Positions 13,130-25,754 of a DNA stretch of 64,000 nucleotides are shown here, piece after piece. Under the pieces are notes generated by a model. That model was not told where the DNA came from, ran no database searches, and saw only the letters and a program-made list of their open reading frames with translations. The DNA comes from Macrostomum lignano (taxonomy: Eukaryota). Position numbers and translations under genes: made by a program. Each line of letters opens with the position of its first letter. The first letter of the stretch is position 1. Location of the stretch: the NCBI GenBank assembly GCA_002269645.1, contig NIVC01001522.1, positions 186,001 to 250,000 of the forward strand, read 5' to 3'.

Positions 13130-13681
13130 CTAACTGTCCATTGAAGACCTTCCCGCAGAGCCGGACTCGTCCAGAGACATCACGGAGGTTTGGCTTGCAT
13201 TCGCGATCTGTTCTTGCACCTCTGTTCCGTCCAGTGGCTCGGCTGTTGACGTCTCAGTTGATGCAGCCGGGTCCGCATCCTCGCTATGTCGGGCTCGCTT
13301 GCGGGGAGAGGACTCATCCTCAGGGCAGCTCTCTTCAAGCTGCCGTCCAAGCACGGACTCCAGGTGGTCGCGTTCGTCACGCACGGTTGCCAGCTCCTTC
13401 CGCACAGTCGCAAGCTCGTCTCGCTCAGCTTGTACGATGGTGAGCTCGTCCCGCAGTTCAGAAACCGTTCTTCGTAGCTGCGCGATTTCGCATTGCTGCT
13501 GTGCAACCAGCTCAGCCAGGGCAGATTTCCTGTCGGATTCTTGTTGGGCTATCGTCTCCTGATGACGGACGATGTTCGAAGCTTTCTCCATGAAGGTCTT
13601 CATGTGTTGTTCCATTCCTCGTCGTTGCTTCTCAAACATCTCGGGGTAGCTATCCGGCCTATTTGTCGGTTGCTGAGACAT
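13130..13681 (-). CDS. Single-exon 183-aa coiled-coil protein of unknown function
   Basis: Intact ATG-to-stop ORF with GC-rich coding-like composition in AT-rich surroundings. Heptad-like ELVAQQQCEIAQLRRTVSELRDELTIVQAERDELATVRKEL, a PRKRAR basic motif, and a TATA-like sequence on the minus strand near 13800. Confidence 0.6.
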   Translation of the reverse strand: MSQQPTNRPDSYPEMFEKQRRGMEQHMKTFMEKASNIVRHQETIAQQESDRKSALAELVAQQQCEIAQLRRTVSELRDELTIVQAERDELATVRKELATVRDERDHLESVLGRQLEESCPEDESSPRKRARHSEDADPAASTETSTAEPLDGTEVQEQIANASQTSVMSLDESGSAGRSSMDS

Positions 13682-14064
13682 TGGGATTGTCTTAGTCCAA
13701 ATTATACGTGAAAAAATTCAAAATTAGGCGAATGACAGAGACAGTCACATTCCTGAATCCTGTGATCGTTGAGGCAGTAGCCTCTTTCCCTCACTCTAAT
13801 ATATAGCTAACCCTCAGACCTTCAGTCCAGAGAGACAGGAGACAATCAGAGTAGAGGTATGAAATGCCAGGACTTACGGGAAATGAGATTTTAATTGAGT
13901 ATTGCGCCACACTTCTCTTCGCCTCTCTCTGTTGCTATTCTTGCAAGGGTGAGTGAATTTTGTGCGGCGTCGCTGTTGAGTGCTGACGCAATACAATCAC
14001 TGTATAGTAGTCTACTACCCCGCACAACGTAGTGGGAGAGAAGAACAGACAGTGTGAGTGACTG

Positions 14065-14210
14065 TCATAAAAATGTGTGTGTGTGTGTGTTTGTGCATTA
14101 GGCATTTCTTGGGACAAGCGTGTATAAACTGACCCGTGCTATTAGGACCAAAAATGTGTTGGGCCAGGCCCAATAAGTGCGTCCCGACACTTCCAAAAAT
14201 GAATTCTATT
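14065..14210 (+). repeat. (TG)n-associated dispersed repeat, homologous to 22795-22920
   Basis: Both copies read (TG)n TTTG..GGCATTT.TTGGG..GACCCG..AAAAA.TGTTGGG..GTCC.ACACTTCCAAAAA. Confidence 0.7.
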
Positions 14211-16541
14211 GAAATGAAAAAATATTCATTGGAACCGTCTTTCGATTCTCCTTTCAAAAATCAATGTCATTTTTTCATATTTTTAATCAAACACGGGGAA
14301 TCTAATGATTTGCAGTGTCCTAAGAAGTTTAAAAAATTATGCGAACTGATGGTCTGATCCAACAGAACAATTGGGTCTCAAATCGGAATTCTCGTTTTAT
14401 TACAATATTTCTTACAATATCAAGAAAGTCTACTACAAGTAACAGATAGAGGTTCTCCACAGGGCTGCCAATCGACACTTGAAAGGATCCTGACATTTGG
14501 CATCGTGTTTACTATAAAATATGAAATAATTTAATAAAGATTTAGAATATTACAATCAAGCATACAAACCTTATAGATTTAGTATATTTAGATTTTTGCA
14601 TAGAAACAGCTAGCATCTAAATTCATTAGCTTCCAATTTCACTTATACACGAAACATGGCAAATTAAGGTTACATCCGCCTGTGCCCTCGGCCATTTTAA
14701 CTGAAATTCTCGTTTTCAGTCAGCTGCATTAATCTATTTGTCATATGTGAATGGGTATTAACTGACTCAAGTTAGTGACTGGAGGCCATTAACGTAAAGT
14801 GACACTTTGAGTGAGGTAGTTTTCCGGTGGAAATTCTCACAGTCTTATGAAGCGCTTTTAGAGCAAAGAAATAAAGGGCAAAGAAAAACTTTGCATTTCC
14901 CGAGAAAACCAAGGACGAGTATTAAAGGGAAACGTTTAATCTCTAAGGCTTTAAATGACTTCCTTATTGGCCTGGGTTTGGGCAGCCATACTATGTAGCA
15001 AAATTTTTCCTAGAATTATGATAATTATCGTCTGGTGTACTGAAAAGTACGGAGATACCAAGAAACTTAAGATGACTGCATGGACTGCTAGCACATGTTT
15101 GAGTGTCACTGTCACTGTAAAGTCTAAATCGATGACTAGTTGGCCCAAAACTAACTACTAGGCCTTCCTGAAAAACAATTCTGCTTATCTTGGATCGTAA
15201 AGATAAACCCACGTACAGAGCAGAAGTGTTAAGACAAGCGTGTACAAGACCCAGGCAATCCCTTACCCAGGCCACGTGTACATTCCTATCGCGGCGGGGG
15301 GAAGCGGGGAGGAGAGGCGGGCGCAAGGGAGTCAGGATAAAGTTTACACTGAAGTTGAGGCCTACAAGAGGAAGAGCCAATTCTAATGGAAAGGTACATG
15401 TAGAAGTTCCCTTTGACAAACGGCGTACTGCATATGTTCAAACGAATATAATTCATTTACGAGACCTGCACTACACAGACAAAATGTGCCACGTCACAAG
15501 AGTTTCCATGCATGACCTGGCATGAAAAGACTTGGCTAGGAACCATTACACATATGTAAGTAGAATTTAAAATTCTTTTTAAAATTTTATGATTAAATAA
15601 AAACTTAACCGGAATTTACATATGTACTTTTCTAAAATTCCAGATACGTTGATATCGATAAGCTACCGTTTTCTTCTATAACAAACAGATTGGCCTTCAT
15701 TGTCAAGTAAGTCTTGTCTCGTACTCGTATATGTCGTATTTTTTGTAGGTTGAAAAAAATAATAAGCAGCCTAGTAATACTCTGAGCTCAGTGAAATATA
15801 AGAGAGGCGGGACGATCACCTTATTTATCAATTAATTTACAACAGCCAGTTGAGCAATCATAAGTAGGCAAAATTTACACTTCTAGGAAGAACAAATTTT
15901 ACTAAAAGTTTCAATCAAAACATTTGGGAAAGAAATCTCGCACGACACATCGCCCACAGTACTAGAGACTTGGAGAAATACTATGTGAGTTTTCTGGGCA
16001 ACTAATGTAATATATTACTGTTATAATTCGATAGTCGAATTATTTTTTTACCCAAAGCAGTGCTATTGCATAACTAAAGAACAGTATAAAAATGACAGCA
16101 TTCTAGAACGAGAAACAAAGCTTACTGCAAAGGCAAACGCCGAAAGAAAAGCAGGGCAGAGTCAGCAGCAAAAAAGAAGCTCATCTGAATGGAAAGATGG
16201 GCGGTCAGCAAAGAGATAGGATCTCAAAAAATTGCAACTCCTAGTAACTGAAACTCAATTGCAATAAGTGTTTTGTTCTCTAGGGCATTATTAAAACAAG
16301 CAAGCCTGCCTGCAGTCAGCTAGTGAGAAAGTAAGTTGTTGCGGCACTATCGGGAAAGTGAAAATTGTACTCCATCTGACTCACACAAGCAGCAGCGTTG
16401 GGACAAACCTCGAGTATTTTAATTGTACAGTAAAATTTCATTGACAATGAAGCATTTATTAGAACAGCGACATTTAAATCTGTTTTCAAACAAATCAGAC
16501 CGATTTCTCATGAGTTATTTTTCTTTTGTGCGCCCACGCAC

Positions 16542-16605
16542 AGGTTCATCCGCATTCAAACTCGCCGCTGCATCCGTCATTTGGTTCACTTGCTGCTCAC
16601 AAGCC

Positions 16606-16641
<36 letters not shown>

Positions 16642-18527
16642 GCTATCCGTGCAGGCAGTCAGTCTATTTGTGAATTTTCTGGTGGATCTGAAGAAAACCC
16701 GTCTGGCACAGGATTAAAGAGAAAGAGACGATCTGTTTTGGGTGAGTATTATCTGCTGTAGAAGTATTGTACACCAGAGTACTTGTGTTACCTGATAGAG
16801 CACAATTCAAAAGCAATGCAACAATCTCAGTGGCATTGTTGGGACACAAGCTACAAACGCAAAGAATAGTAAACACAGCCCAGCCTAGCTCAAGGCTAGT
16901 AATTTGTTGGGCATTTATTGGGACATTGCAGCCAGGCCTATTTTTTGAACAGCATTTGTTGGGTCGCACTTATTGGGACAATACTGATTCTAATCGCGAC
17001 TACTTCTGAGTTCTGACTTTTCAAAACAGACCCAGCATTAGTTGAACACGTTCTATTAAAGGGTTCCTTTATAGCCTATTAATGATTACTAAAGCAAGCC
17101 TATCTTAATTGATTTCTTTTCCTCGCAGATTCTGAAGTCAGCCACGCCAGCGACATGCCTAAGAGACAAGAATGCGCTTTAACGATCAGCAGCGAGCATT
17201 CTGATCTCGCCGCTGCATCCGTCATTTGGTTCACTTGCTGCTCACAAGCCGCAGCAGCAGCAGCAGCAGCAGCAGCCGCCGCTATCCGTGCAGGCAGTCA
17301 GTCTATTTGTGAATTTTCTGGTGGATCTGAAGAAAACCCGTCTGGCACAGGATTAAAGAGAAAGAGACGATCTGTTTTGGGTGAGTATTATCTGCTGTAG
17401 AAGTATTGTACACCAGAGTACTTGTGTTACCTGATAGAGCACAATTCAAAAGCAATGCAACAATCTCAGTGGCATTGTTGGGACACAAGCTACAAACGCA
17501 AAGAATAGTAAACACAGCCCAGCCTAGCTCAAGGCTAGTAATTTGTTGGGCATTTATTGGGACATTGCAGCCAGGCCTATTTTTTGAACAGCATTTGTTG
17601 GGTCGCACTTATTGGGACAATACTGATTCTAATCGCGACTACTTCTGAGTTCTGACTTTTCAAAACAGACCCAGCATTAGTTGAACACGTTCTATTAAAG
17701 GGTTCCTTTATAGCCTATTAATGATTACTAAAGCAAGCCTATCTTAATTGATTTCTTTTCCTCGCAGATTCTAAAGTCAGCCACGCCAGCGACATGCCTA
17801 AGAGACAAGAATGCGCTTTAACGATCAGCAGCGAGCATTCTGATCTCGCCGCTGCATCCGTCATTTGGTTCACTTGCTGCTCACAAGCCGCAGCAGCAGC
17901 AGCAGCAGCAGCAGCCGCCGCTATCCGTGCAGGCAGTCAGTCTATTTGTGAATTTTCTGGTGGATCTGAAGAAAACCCGTCCGGCACAGGATTAAAGAGA
18001 AAGAGACGATCTGTTTTGGGTGAGTATTATCTGCTGTAGAAGTATTGTACACCAGAGTACTTGTGTTACCTGATAGAGCACAATTCAAAAGCAATGCAAC
18101 AATCTCAGTGGCATTGTTGGGACACAAGCTACAAACGCAAAGAATAGTAAACACAGCCCAGCCTAGCTCAAGGCTAGTAATTTGTTGGGCATTTATTGGG
18201 ACATTGCAGCCAGGCCTATTTTTTGAACAGCATTTGTTGGGTCGCACTTATTGGGACAATACTGATTCTAATCGCGACTACTTCTGAGTTCTGACTTTTC
18301 AAAACAGACCCAGCATTAGTTGAACACGTTCTATTAAAGGGTTCCTTTATAGCCTATTAATGATTACTAAAGCAAGCCTATCTTAATTGATTTCTTTTCC
18401 TCGCAGATTCTAAGTCAGCCACGCCAGCGACATGCCTAAGAGACAAGAATGCGCTTTAACGATCAGCAGCGAGCATTCTGATCTCGCCGCTGCATCCGTC
18501 ATTTGGTTCACTTGCTGCTCACAAGCC

Positions 18528-18569
<42 letters not shown>

Positions 18570-19178
18570 GCTATCCGTGCAGGCAGTCAGTCTATTTGTG
18601 AATTTTCTGGTGGATCTGAAGAAAACCCGTCTGGCACAGGATTAAAGAGAAAGAGACGATCTGTTTTGGGTGAGTATTATCTGCTGTAGAAGTATTGTAC
18701 ACCAGAGTACTTGTGTTACCTGATAGAGCACAATTCAAAAGCAATGCAACAATCTCAGTGGCATTGTTGGGACACAAGCTACAAACGCAAAGAATAGTAA
18801 ACACAGCCCAGCCTAGCTCAAGGCTAGTAATTTGTTGGGCATTTATTGGGACATTGCAGCCAGGCCTATTTTTTGAACAGCATTTGTTGGGTCGCACTTA
18901 TTGGGACAATACTGATTCTAATCGCGACTACTTCTGAGTTCTGACTTTTCAAAACAGACCCAGCATTAGTTGAACACGTTCTATTAAAGGGTTCCTTTAT
19001 AGCCTATTAATGATTACTAAAGCAAGCCTATCTTAATTGATTTCTTTTCCTCGCAGCTTCTGAAGTCAGCAACGCCAGCGACATGCCTAAGAGACAAGAA
19101 TGCGCTTTAACGATCAGCAGCGAGCATTCTGATCTCGCCGCTGCATCCGTCATTTGGTTCACTTGCTGCTCACAAGCC

Positions 19179-19214
<36 letters not shown>

Positions 19215-19823
19215 GCTATCCGTGCAGGCAGTCAGTCTATTTGTGAATTTTCTGGTGGATCTGAAGAAAACCCGTCTGGCACAGGATTAAAGAGAAAGAG
19301 ACGATCTGTTTTGGGTGAGTATTATCTGCTGTAGAAGTATTGTACACCAGAGTACTTGTGTTACCTGATAGAGCACAATTCAAAAGCAATGCAACAATCT
19401 CAGTGGCATTGTTGGGACACAAGCTACAAACGCAAAGAATAGTAAACACAGCCCAGCCTAGCTCAAGGCTAGTAATTTGTTGGGCATTTATTGGGACATT
19501 GCAGCCAGGCCTATTTTTTGAACAGCATTTGTTGGGTCGCACTTATTGGGACAATACTGATTCTAATCGCGACTACTTCTGAGTTCTGACTTTTCAAAAC
19601 AGACCCAGCATTAGTTGAACACGTTCTATTAAAGGGTTCCTTTATAGCCTATTAATGATTACTAAAGCAAGCCTATCTTAATTGATTTCTTTTCCTCGCA
19701 GATTCTGAAGTCAGCCACGCCAGCGACATGCCTAAGAGACAAGAATGCGCTTTAACGATCAGCAGCGAGCATTCTGATCTCGCCGCTGCATCCGTCATTT
19801 GGTTCACTTGCTGCTCACAAGCC

Positions 19824-19878
<55 letters not shown>

Positions 19879-20473
19879 CCGTCAGTCTATTTGTGAATTT
19901 TCTGGTGGATCTGAAGAAAACCCGTCCGGCACAGGATTAAAGAGAAAGAGACGATCTGTTTTGGGTGAGTATTATCTGCTGTAGAAGTATTGTACACCAG
20001 AGTACTTGTGTTACCTGATAGAGCACAATTCAAAAGCAATGCAACAATCTCAGTGGCATTGTTGGGACACAAGCTACAAACGCAAAGAATAGTAAACACA
20101 GCCCAGCCTAGCTCAAGGCTAGTAATTTGTTGGGCATTTATTGGGACATTGCAGCCAGGCCTATTTTTTGAACAGCATTTGTTGGGTCGCACTTATTGGG
20201 ACAATACTGATTCTAATCGCGACTACTTCTGAGTTCTGACTTTTCAAAACAGACCCAGCATTAGTTGAACACGTTCTATTAAAGGGTTCCTTTATAGCCT
20301 ATTAATGATTACTAAAGCAAGCCTATCTTAATTGATTTCTTTTCCTCGCAGATTCTGAAGTCAGCCACGCCAGCGACATGCCTAAGAGACAAGAATGCGC
20401 TTTAACGATCAGCAGCGAGCATTCTGATCTCGCCGCTGCATCCGTCATTTGGTTCACTTGCTGCTCACAAGCC

Positions 20474-20515
<42 letters not shown>

Positions 20516-21124
20516 GCTATCCGTGCAGGCAGTCAGTCTATTTGTGAATTTTCTGGTGGATCTGAAGAAAACCCGTCCGGCACAGGATTAAAGAGAAAGA
20601 GACGATCTGTTTTGGGTGAGTATTATCTGCTGTAGAAGTATTGTACACCAGAGTACTTGTGTTACCTGGTAGAGCACAATTCAAAAGCAATGCAACAATC
20701 TCAGTGGCATTGTTGGGACACAAGCTACAAACGCAAAGAATAGTAAACACAGCCCAGCCTAGCTCAAGGCTAGTAATTTGTTGGGCATTTATTGGGACAT
20801 TGCAGCCAGGCCTATTTTTTGAACAGCATTTGTTGGGTCGCACTTATTGGGACAATACTGATTCTAATCGCGACTACTTCTGAGTTCTGACTTTTCAAAA
20901 CAGACCCAGCATTAGTTGAACACGTTCTATTAAAGGGTTCCTTTATAGCCTATTAATGATTACTAAAGCAAGCCTATCTTAATTGATTTCTTTTCCTCGC
21001 AGATTCTGAAGTCAGCAACGCCAGCGACATGCCTAAGAGACAAGAATGCGCTTTAACGATCAGCAGCGAGCATTCTGATCTCGCCGCTGCATCCGTCATT
21101 TGGTTCACTTGCTGCTCACAAGCC

Positions 21125-21178
<54 letters not shown>

Positions 21179-21829
21179 GCTATCCGTGCAGGCAGTCAGT
21201 CTATTTGTGAATTTTCTGGTGGATCTGAAGAAAACCCGTCCGGCACAGGATTAAAGAGAAAGAGACGATCTGTTTTGGGTGAGTATTATCTGCTGTAGAA
21301 GTATTGTACACCAGAGTACTTGTGTTACTTGGTAGAGCACAATTCAAAAGCAATGCAACAATCTCAGTGGCATTGTTGGGACACAAGCTACAAACGCAAA
21401 GAATAGTAAACACAGCCCAGCCTAGCTCAAGGCTAGTAATTTGTTGGGCATTTATTGGGACATTGCAGCCAGGCCTATTTTTTGAACAGCATTTGTTGGG
21501 TCGCACTTATTGGGACAATACTGATTCTAATCGCGACTACTTCTGAGTTCTGACTTTTCAAAACAGACCCAGCATTAGTTGAACACGTTCTATTAAAGGG
21601 TTCCTTTATAGCCTATTAATGATTACTAAAGCAAGCCTATCTTAATTGATTTCTTTTCCTCGCAGATTCTGAAGTCAGCAACGCCAGCGACATGCCTAAG
21701 AGACAAGAATGCGCTTTAACGATCAGCAGCGAGCATTCTGATCTCGCCGCTGCATCCGTCATTTGGTTCACTTGCTGCTGCCAAGCTGCAGCAGCAGCAG
21801 CAGCCGCTATCTGTGCAGCAGTCAGTTAA
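16542..21829 (+). repeat. Tandem array of ~640-663-bp units (8 periods, 9 exon-like blocks), each with splice sites and a variable (GCA)n tract
   Basis: Homologous positions at 16767, 17406, 18045, 18695, 19340, 19990, 20641 and 21304 (periods 639-663). Most of the length difference comes from the GCA tract. Full units have TTTTCCTCGCAG| and TTTTGG|GTGAGT; the first block uses a different acceptor and the last ends in a stop instead of a donor. Confidence 0.95.
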
Positions 21830-22026
21830 TTCATGAGTTTTCTGGCGGAGCTGGTTATTTTTTTAATTTTCTGAATCGAGAAGCCGATTAACTGTTGTGT
21901 GCTTCACTGGAATATTATTTAGAGGACGCATTTTTTGCAGTCTGTTTCTAATAAAATCCGGTGCAATGACCGCGGTAGAGCTCTAGCATTTGCTTTTTAT
22001 AGTATTTGTGTATATTCTTTTTCAAG

Positions 22027-22168
22027 CTATGCTGGAATTGTTGGGACAGCCCTATCCACACTGGCTATGGTGGAATTGTTGGGACAGCCCTATCCACACT
22101 GGCTATGGTGGAATTGTTGGGACAGCCCTATCCACACTGGCTATGGTGGAATTGTTGGGACAGCCCCA
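22027..22168 (+). repeat. 38-bp minisatellite, ~4 copies
   Basis: CTATGGTGGAATTGTTGGGACAGCCCTATCCACACTGG at 22027, 22065, 22103 and 22141. Confidence 0.95.
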
Positions 22169-22689
22169 TACTATAGTGTGTGCTGGCTTCTGCTATAGTG
22201 TGGTTCATTTCCGCATCCTTTTACGTAGCATTCTGTGGGTCCGAATAGCTGACATGTACCTTTTGAGTAATTCTAGTGATTGTGTCATAATCAATAAAGT
22301 ACATTTTTATGAACAGTGGAGTTTCGCTACAGAATTGTTTTTTCCCAGTGGCACTAAATGTAGCAAATTTTGTTTATTCAGATCGTAAAATTTTTTTGAT
22401 ATGTGTCAATGTCGTTTGTCTTCGATAACCTTAAAGTCCCTTGCCATTTACCATCCTGTCTTCTATAATCTATGATCGCTGAAATTATCTGGTGAAATTT
22501 GACGCGCTGATATTATTGCCTTAGTGGAATTCAGCAAGACACCAGGGTTTTTTAATTCTGTTTTAGACAAGTATACATGTACAATCTGTTGTGAGTTCAA
22601 TGCACCTCGAAAAATGCTTTCCAACTGTTTTCAGTAAGCCAAAAGCATGTTGTCAATAAAAATCTATTTGGTGGGTTGAAAATTGCCTG

Positions 22690-22920
22690 TGTGGGGACGT
22701 GTGTGTGTGTGTGATTTTTCGTGTGTCGGAGCAGTCCCAATATGTGCAAGTTTTTGCACACTTGGCCAATAAGTGCCTCGTGCACGTTTGTGTGTGTGTG
22801 TGTGTGTGTTTGCGCACGGGGCATTTGTTGGGCCATACGCGTACAACGGGACCCGCACTGTTGGGCCAAAAAAAATGTTGGGACTGTCCCATCAAGTCCG
22901 TCCAACACTTCCAAAAAAGT
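22690..22920. repeat. (TG)n-loop inverted-repeat element; related copies at 14065-14210 and 25005-25135
   Basis: GGCCAATAAGTGCCTCGTGCAC (22764-22785) pairs with GCGCACGGGGCATTTGTTGGGCC (22812-22834) across a TG tract. Confidence 0.7.
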
Positions 22921-25097
22921 TACAATAGCAGCTCAAAAAAATACTCTATGGATTCAGCTCGACAGCCTCTTTTTGATGGTGCAACTCATTTTTAATAATT
23001 TTACTTGCTGTGTCAATAAATAATCAAAAACTGGCGTCCCAATAAGGAAAAATGATACAAAATTCGACCAAATCACTATTGGGACACTGAAATGGCTAAT
23101 CTGCTCCCGCATATTTTTATTGGTTTTTTCTCATATTTTTACTAATAGTAGATTTCAAGCGCATTCATTTGCTGCAGTCTTTGTTTCAAGACGTAAATAC
23201 ATAGCATACATTAAAATACATACAAAGCAAAGCATAGCAAAACACTTTTAAGGGTATTTTATTGTCAAAGGATGGTTCTGGATGGAGATAAACCTAAAGA
23301 AATGACAAGGGCTTAAATTTACTTCTGACTGTGATGGGCATCAGTACTCTACACGAACTAAATTGTTAGGACAGTGTTGCAGTGTTGAATACAACAGCCC
23401 ACTCTTGTTAGGACTCATGCTATTGACTGCTGCGCGCATTCGATATTCTATAAATTGTTGGAACTGTGTGCTAGAGTGTCGTTTACAAAAGCCCACTCAT
23501 ATTAGGACTTACCCCGTACATGTTAGGACTAAGCCCTACCCCCCTGTGTACATGGCTCCAATTTACCAGAGTCCCCTTGCTAGTTAAGTGTACATTTATT
23601 TTGGTCTATTATTGACGCCACCCCGCAAACGTACAATAAAACTAAATTGGCATGTACTCGCTATGCTGAAATCAATGGTCAACTCTGCCTCTGCCATGGC
23701 ACCCGAGTCACCATGGTATGGAAAGAACAGCATGGAATGGCACAGCGATAAACATGTAAGTGGTATTAAAAAACTTTGTCGGAAACAAGAAGCATTTATA
23801 TTTAAATGCTATAAAAAAGACTGCTCCTGCTAAGCAGTACCTACCTTTACTTCAGGTATATCACCTTTGATCAACTGCCATGTGGCGCAATTGCCAAAGG
23901 ATCCGTCGACTTTAACCGGTAAGCTGTAAAAGCTTTGAGTAAAACTTGACATTTCGTCTGAATCCATTGACATTCAATAGCCTACGTGTCCAACCACAAA
24001 AATTATAAGTTTTGTACTTTTAACTCTCAGATTGGGTCTTAGCAGATTCTATAGCTATGCATGCAAGGGCCCCTCAGAGGAGATGCTTAAACACTGCAGT
24101 GCATTTTTCCTAGCAATTATTGGGACACGAAGTGTTGGGCCACTGTGTGTGTGTGTCTAGTTTTTTCCGCATTTGTTAAGTCACCTAAAGAACTCAATTA
24201 ATAAAGGGCTCCAGAACAAATTGATGGGCAAACGGATGACACACTGCACAGAGACTTGTTGGGACATATTAAAAACAGCTTATTTTAGAATGGGTACACT
24301 TTACTAAAGTAGAATGCTCCTACAGAAAGCTGCAAGCAAACTAGCATCTTCTGGAGCTGACATGCAGAGAAGAATGATTTTGTCGTCCTTGAAATCACTA
24401 AATCGATATGCGAAATCGATCTTTTGCTAATCCCACCACAGGTTCCAGTGAAAAGAAGAAACGAAACCCATTGACTAAATTGGCAGTCGACTCAATCGAT
24501 GCCGACTGCAACGGACCTGTCAGCTTCGAACTCAGGAGAGCAGCTAATAGACTACGAGCGTAATGCTGGATGCCAGAGTGCTCTAAATAACGAGACTCCT
24601 GTTTTCTCACTCGACCGGAATTTTTTGTTTAATCTGCTTAACTAATATCTGCGTTTCAGTTTTTCAGTTTCACTGTCAATTTTAGGTTTTTTCTAAGCGC
24701 AAGTGTAATTGAATTTTTTATTCATATTAGTCAGGCATATTGCGTACAGCATTATAGCGTATTAGTTAAGGTAAAGGTAAATAGACTGCTTGTAACTAGT
24801 TTTTCTTTCATGTGGATTGGCTTTAACGAAGCCTTTTGTATTTCAAGTAATGCTGAATTCGCTGGACTGAGGACAATATAGTTACACGATGATATGCTAT
24901 TCCTTCACTTTCAATAGATCATACTATTAGTATGGGACGTGCTTTTTTATTTCAATGTATGCTTTTTTTCATCATTTAAATGCTAAAAATACTTAATAGG
25001 TCATTGCACTGTGTGTATGTGTGTGTTTTCGTGTGTCAAAAAAATTGCAAAATAAGTGCCCACCATTGTATACCGTACCAACAAGTGCCCGGTGCGT

Positions 25098-25099
<2 letters not shown>

Positions 25100-25135
<36 letters not shown>

Positions 25136-25384
25136 ATAATTGAATAGTCTCTTACCACTGTGTGCACTGCGAGCCGCCGACCTGCACCGTCGCAGCCGCA
25201 GCCGCAACCGCAACCGCAGCCGTAGTCGCAGCCACGGCAGTAGCGGTGGTTCCGTTCAGACGGATAACTACTTCGATTGTTAATGGAAAGAGAGAGACGG
25301 AGAGAGACACGGACAGAGAGAGACGGAGAGAGACACGGACAGAGAGAGACGGATAGAGAGAGAGAGTGAAAGAGAGAGAGAGAG

Positions 25385-25422
<38 letters not shown>

Positions 25423-25450
25423 GGAGAGAGAGAGAATGAGAGAGAATGGG
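25100..25450. repeat. Cluster of (TG)n, (GCAGCC/GCAACC)n and (GA)n simple repeats
   Basis: Directly visible simple repeats; explain the low-complexity ORFs at 25001-25475. Confidence 0.9.
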
Positions 25451-25754
25451 AGAATGAGAATTGAAAAATACACAAATGAGAGAATTGGAAAAATATTTTA
25501 TTTCGTTCTTATTTCTTCACGCATTTTCAGCTGCGTGCTGAAATTCTAAGAGAGAAGACGCACAGAAGGACAACCGAGACAAGAAGTCGTGGAGAAAAGA
25601 GGGAGAGAAGATAATAGAGGCACTGAGAGTTGTTTTTTCCTGTTACACCTGCAATTACGGGCAACTGACGCGATGGCCAATGAAAATTGCATTGATAAGG
25701 GAGAGACGGGATGGCTGAGAGGGGGGATAAGAGGGAGAGGGATGAATGAAACGG

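Noticed and set aside
16664-21546. Repeated 101-aa (minus, MRPNK..) and 80-aa (plus, MYTRV..) ORFs
   Set aside because: They recur only because the unit is repeated, lie mostly in the intron-like part, use non-ATG starts and have no recognisable motif.
16542-21829. CRISPR-like or repeat-spacer reading of the 650-bp array and the minisatellites
   Set aside because: Units are near-identical over their whole length with no unique spacers, there are no cas genes, and the context is eukaryotic and intron-rich.
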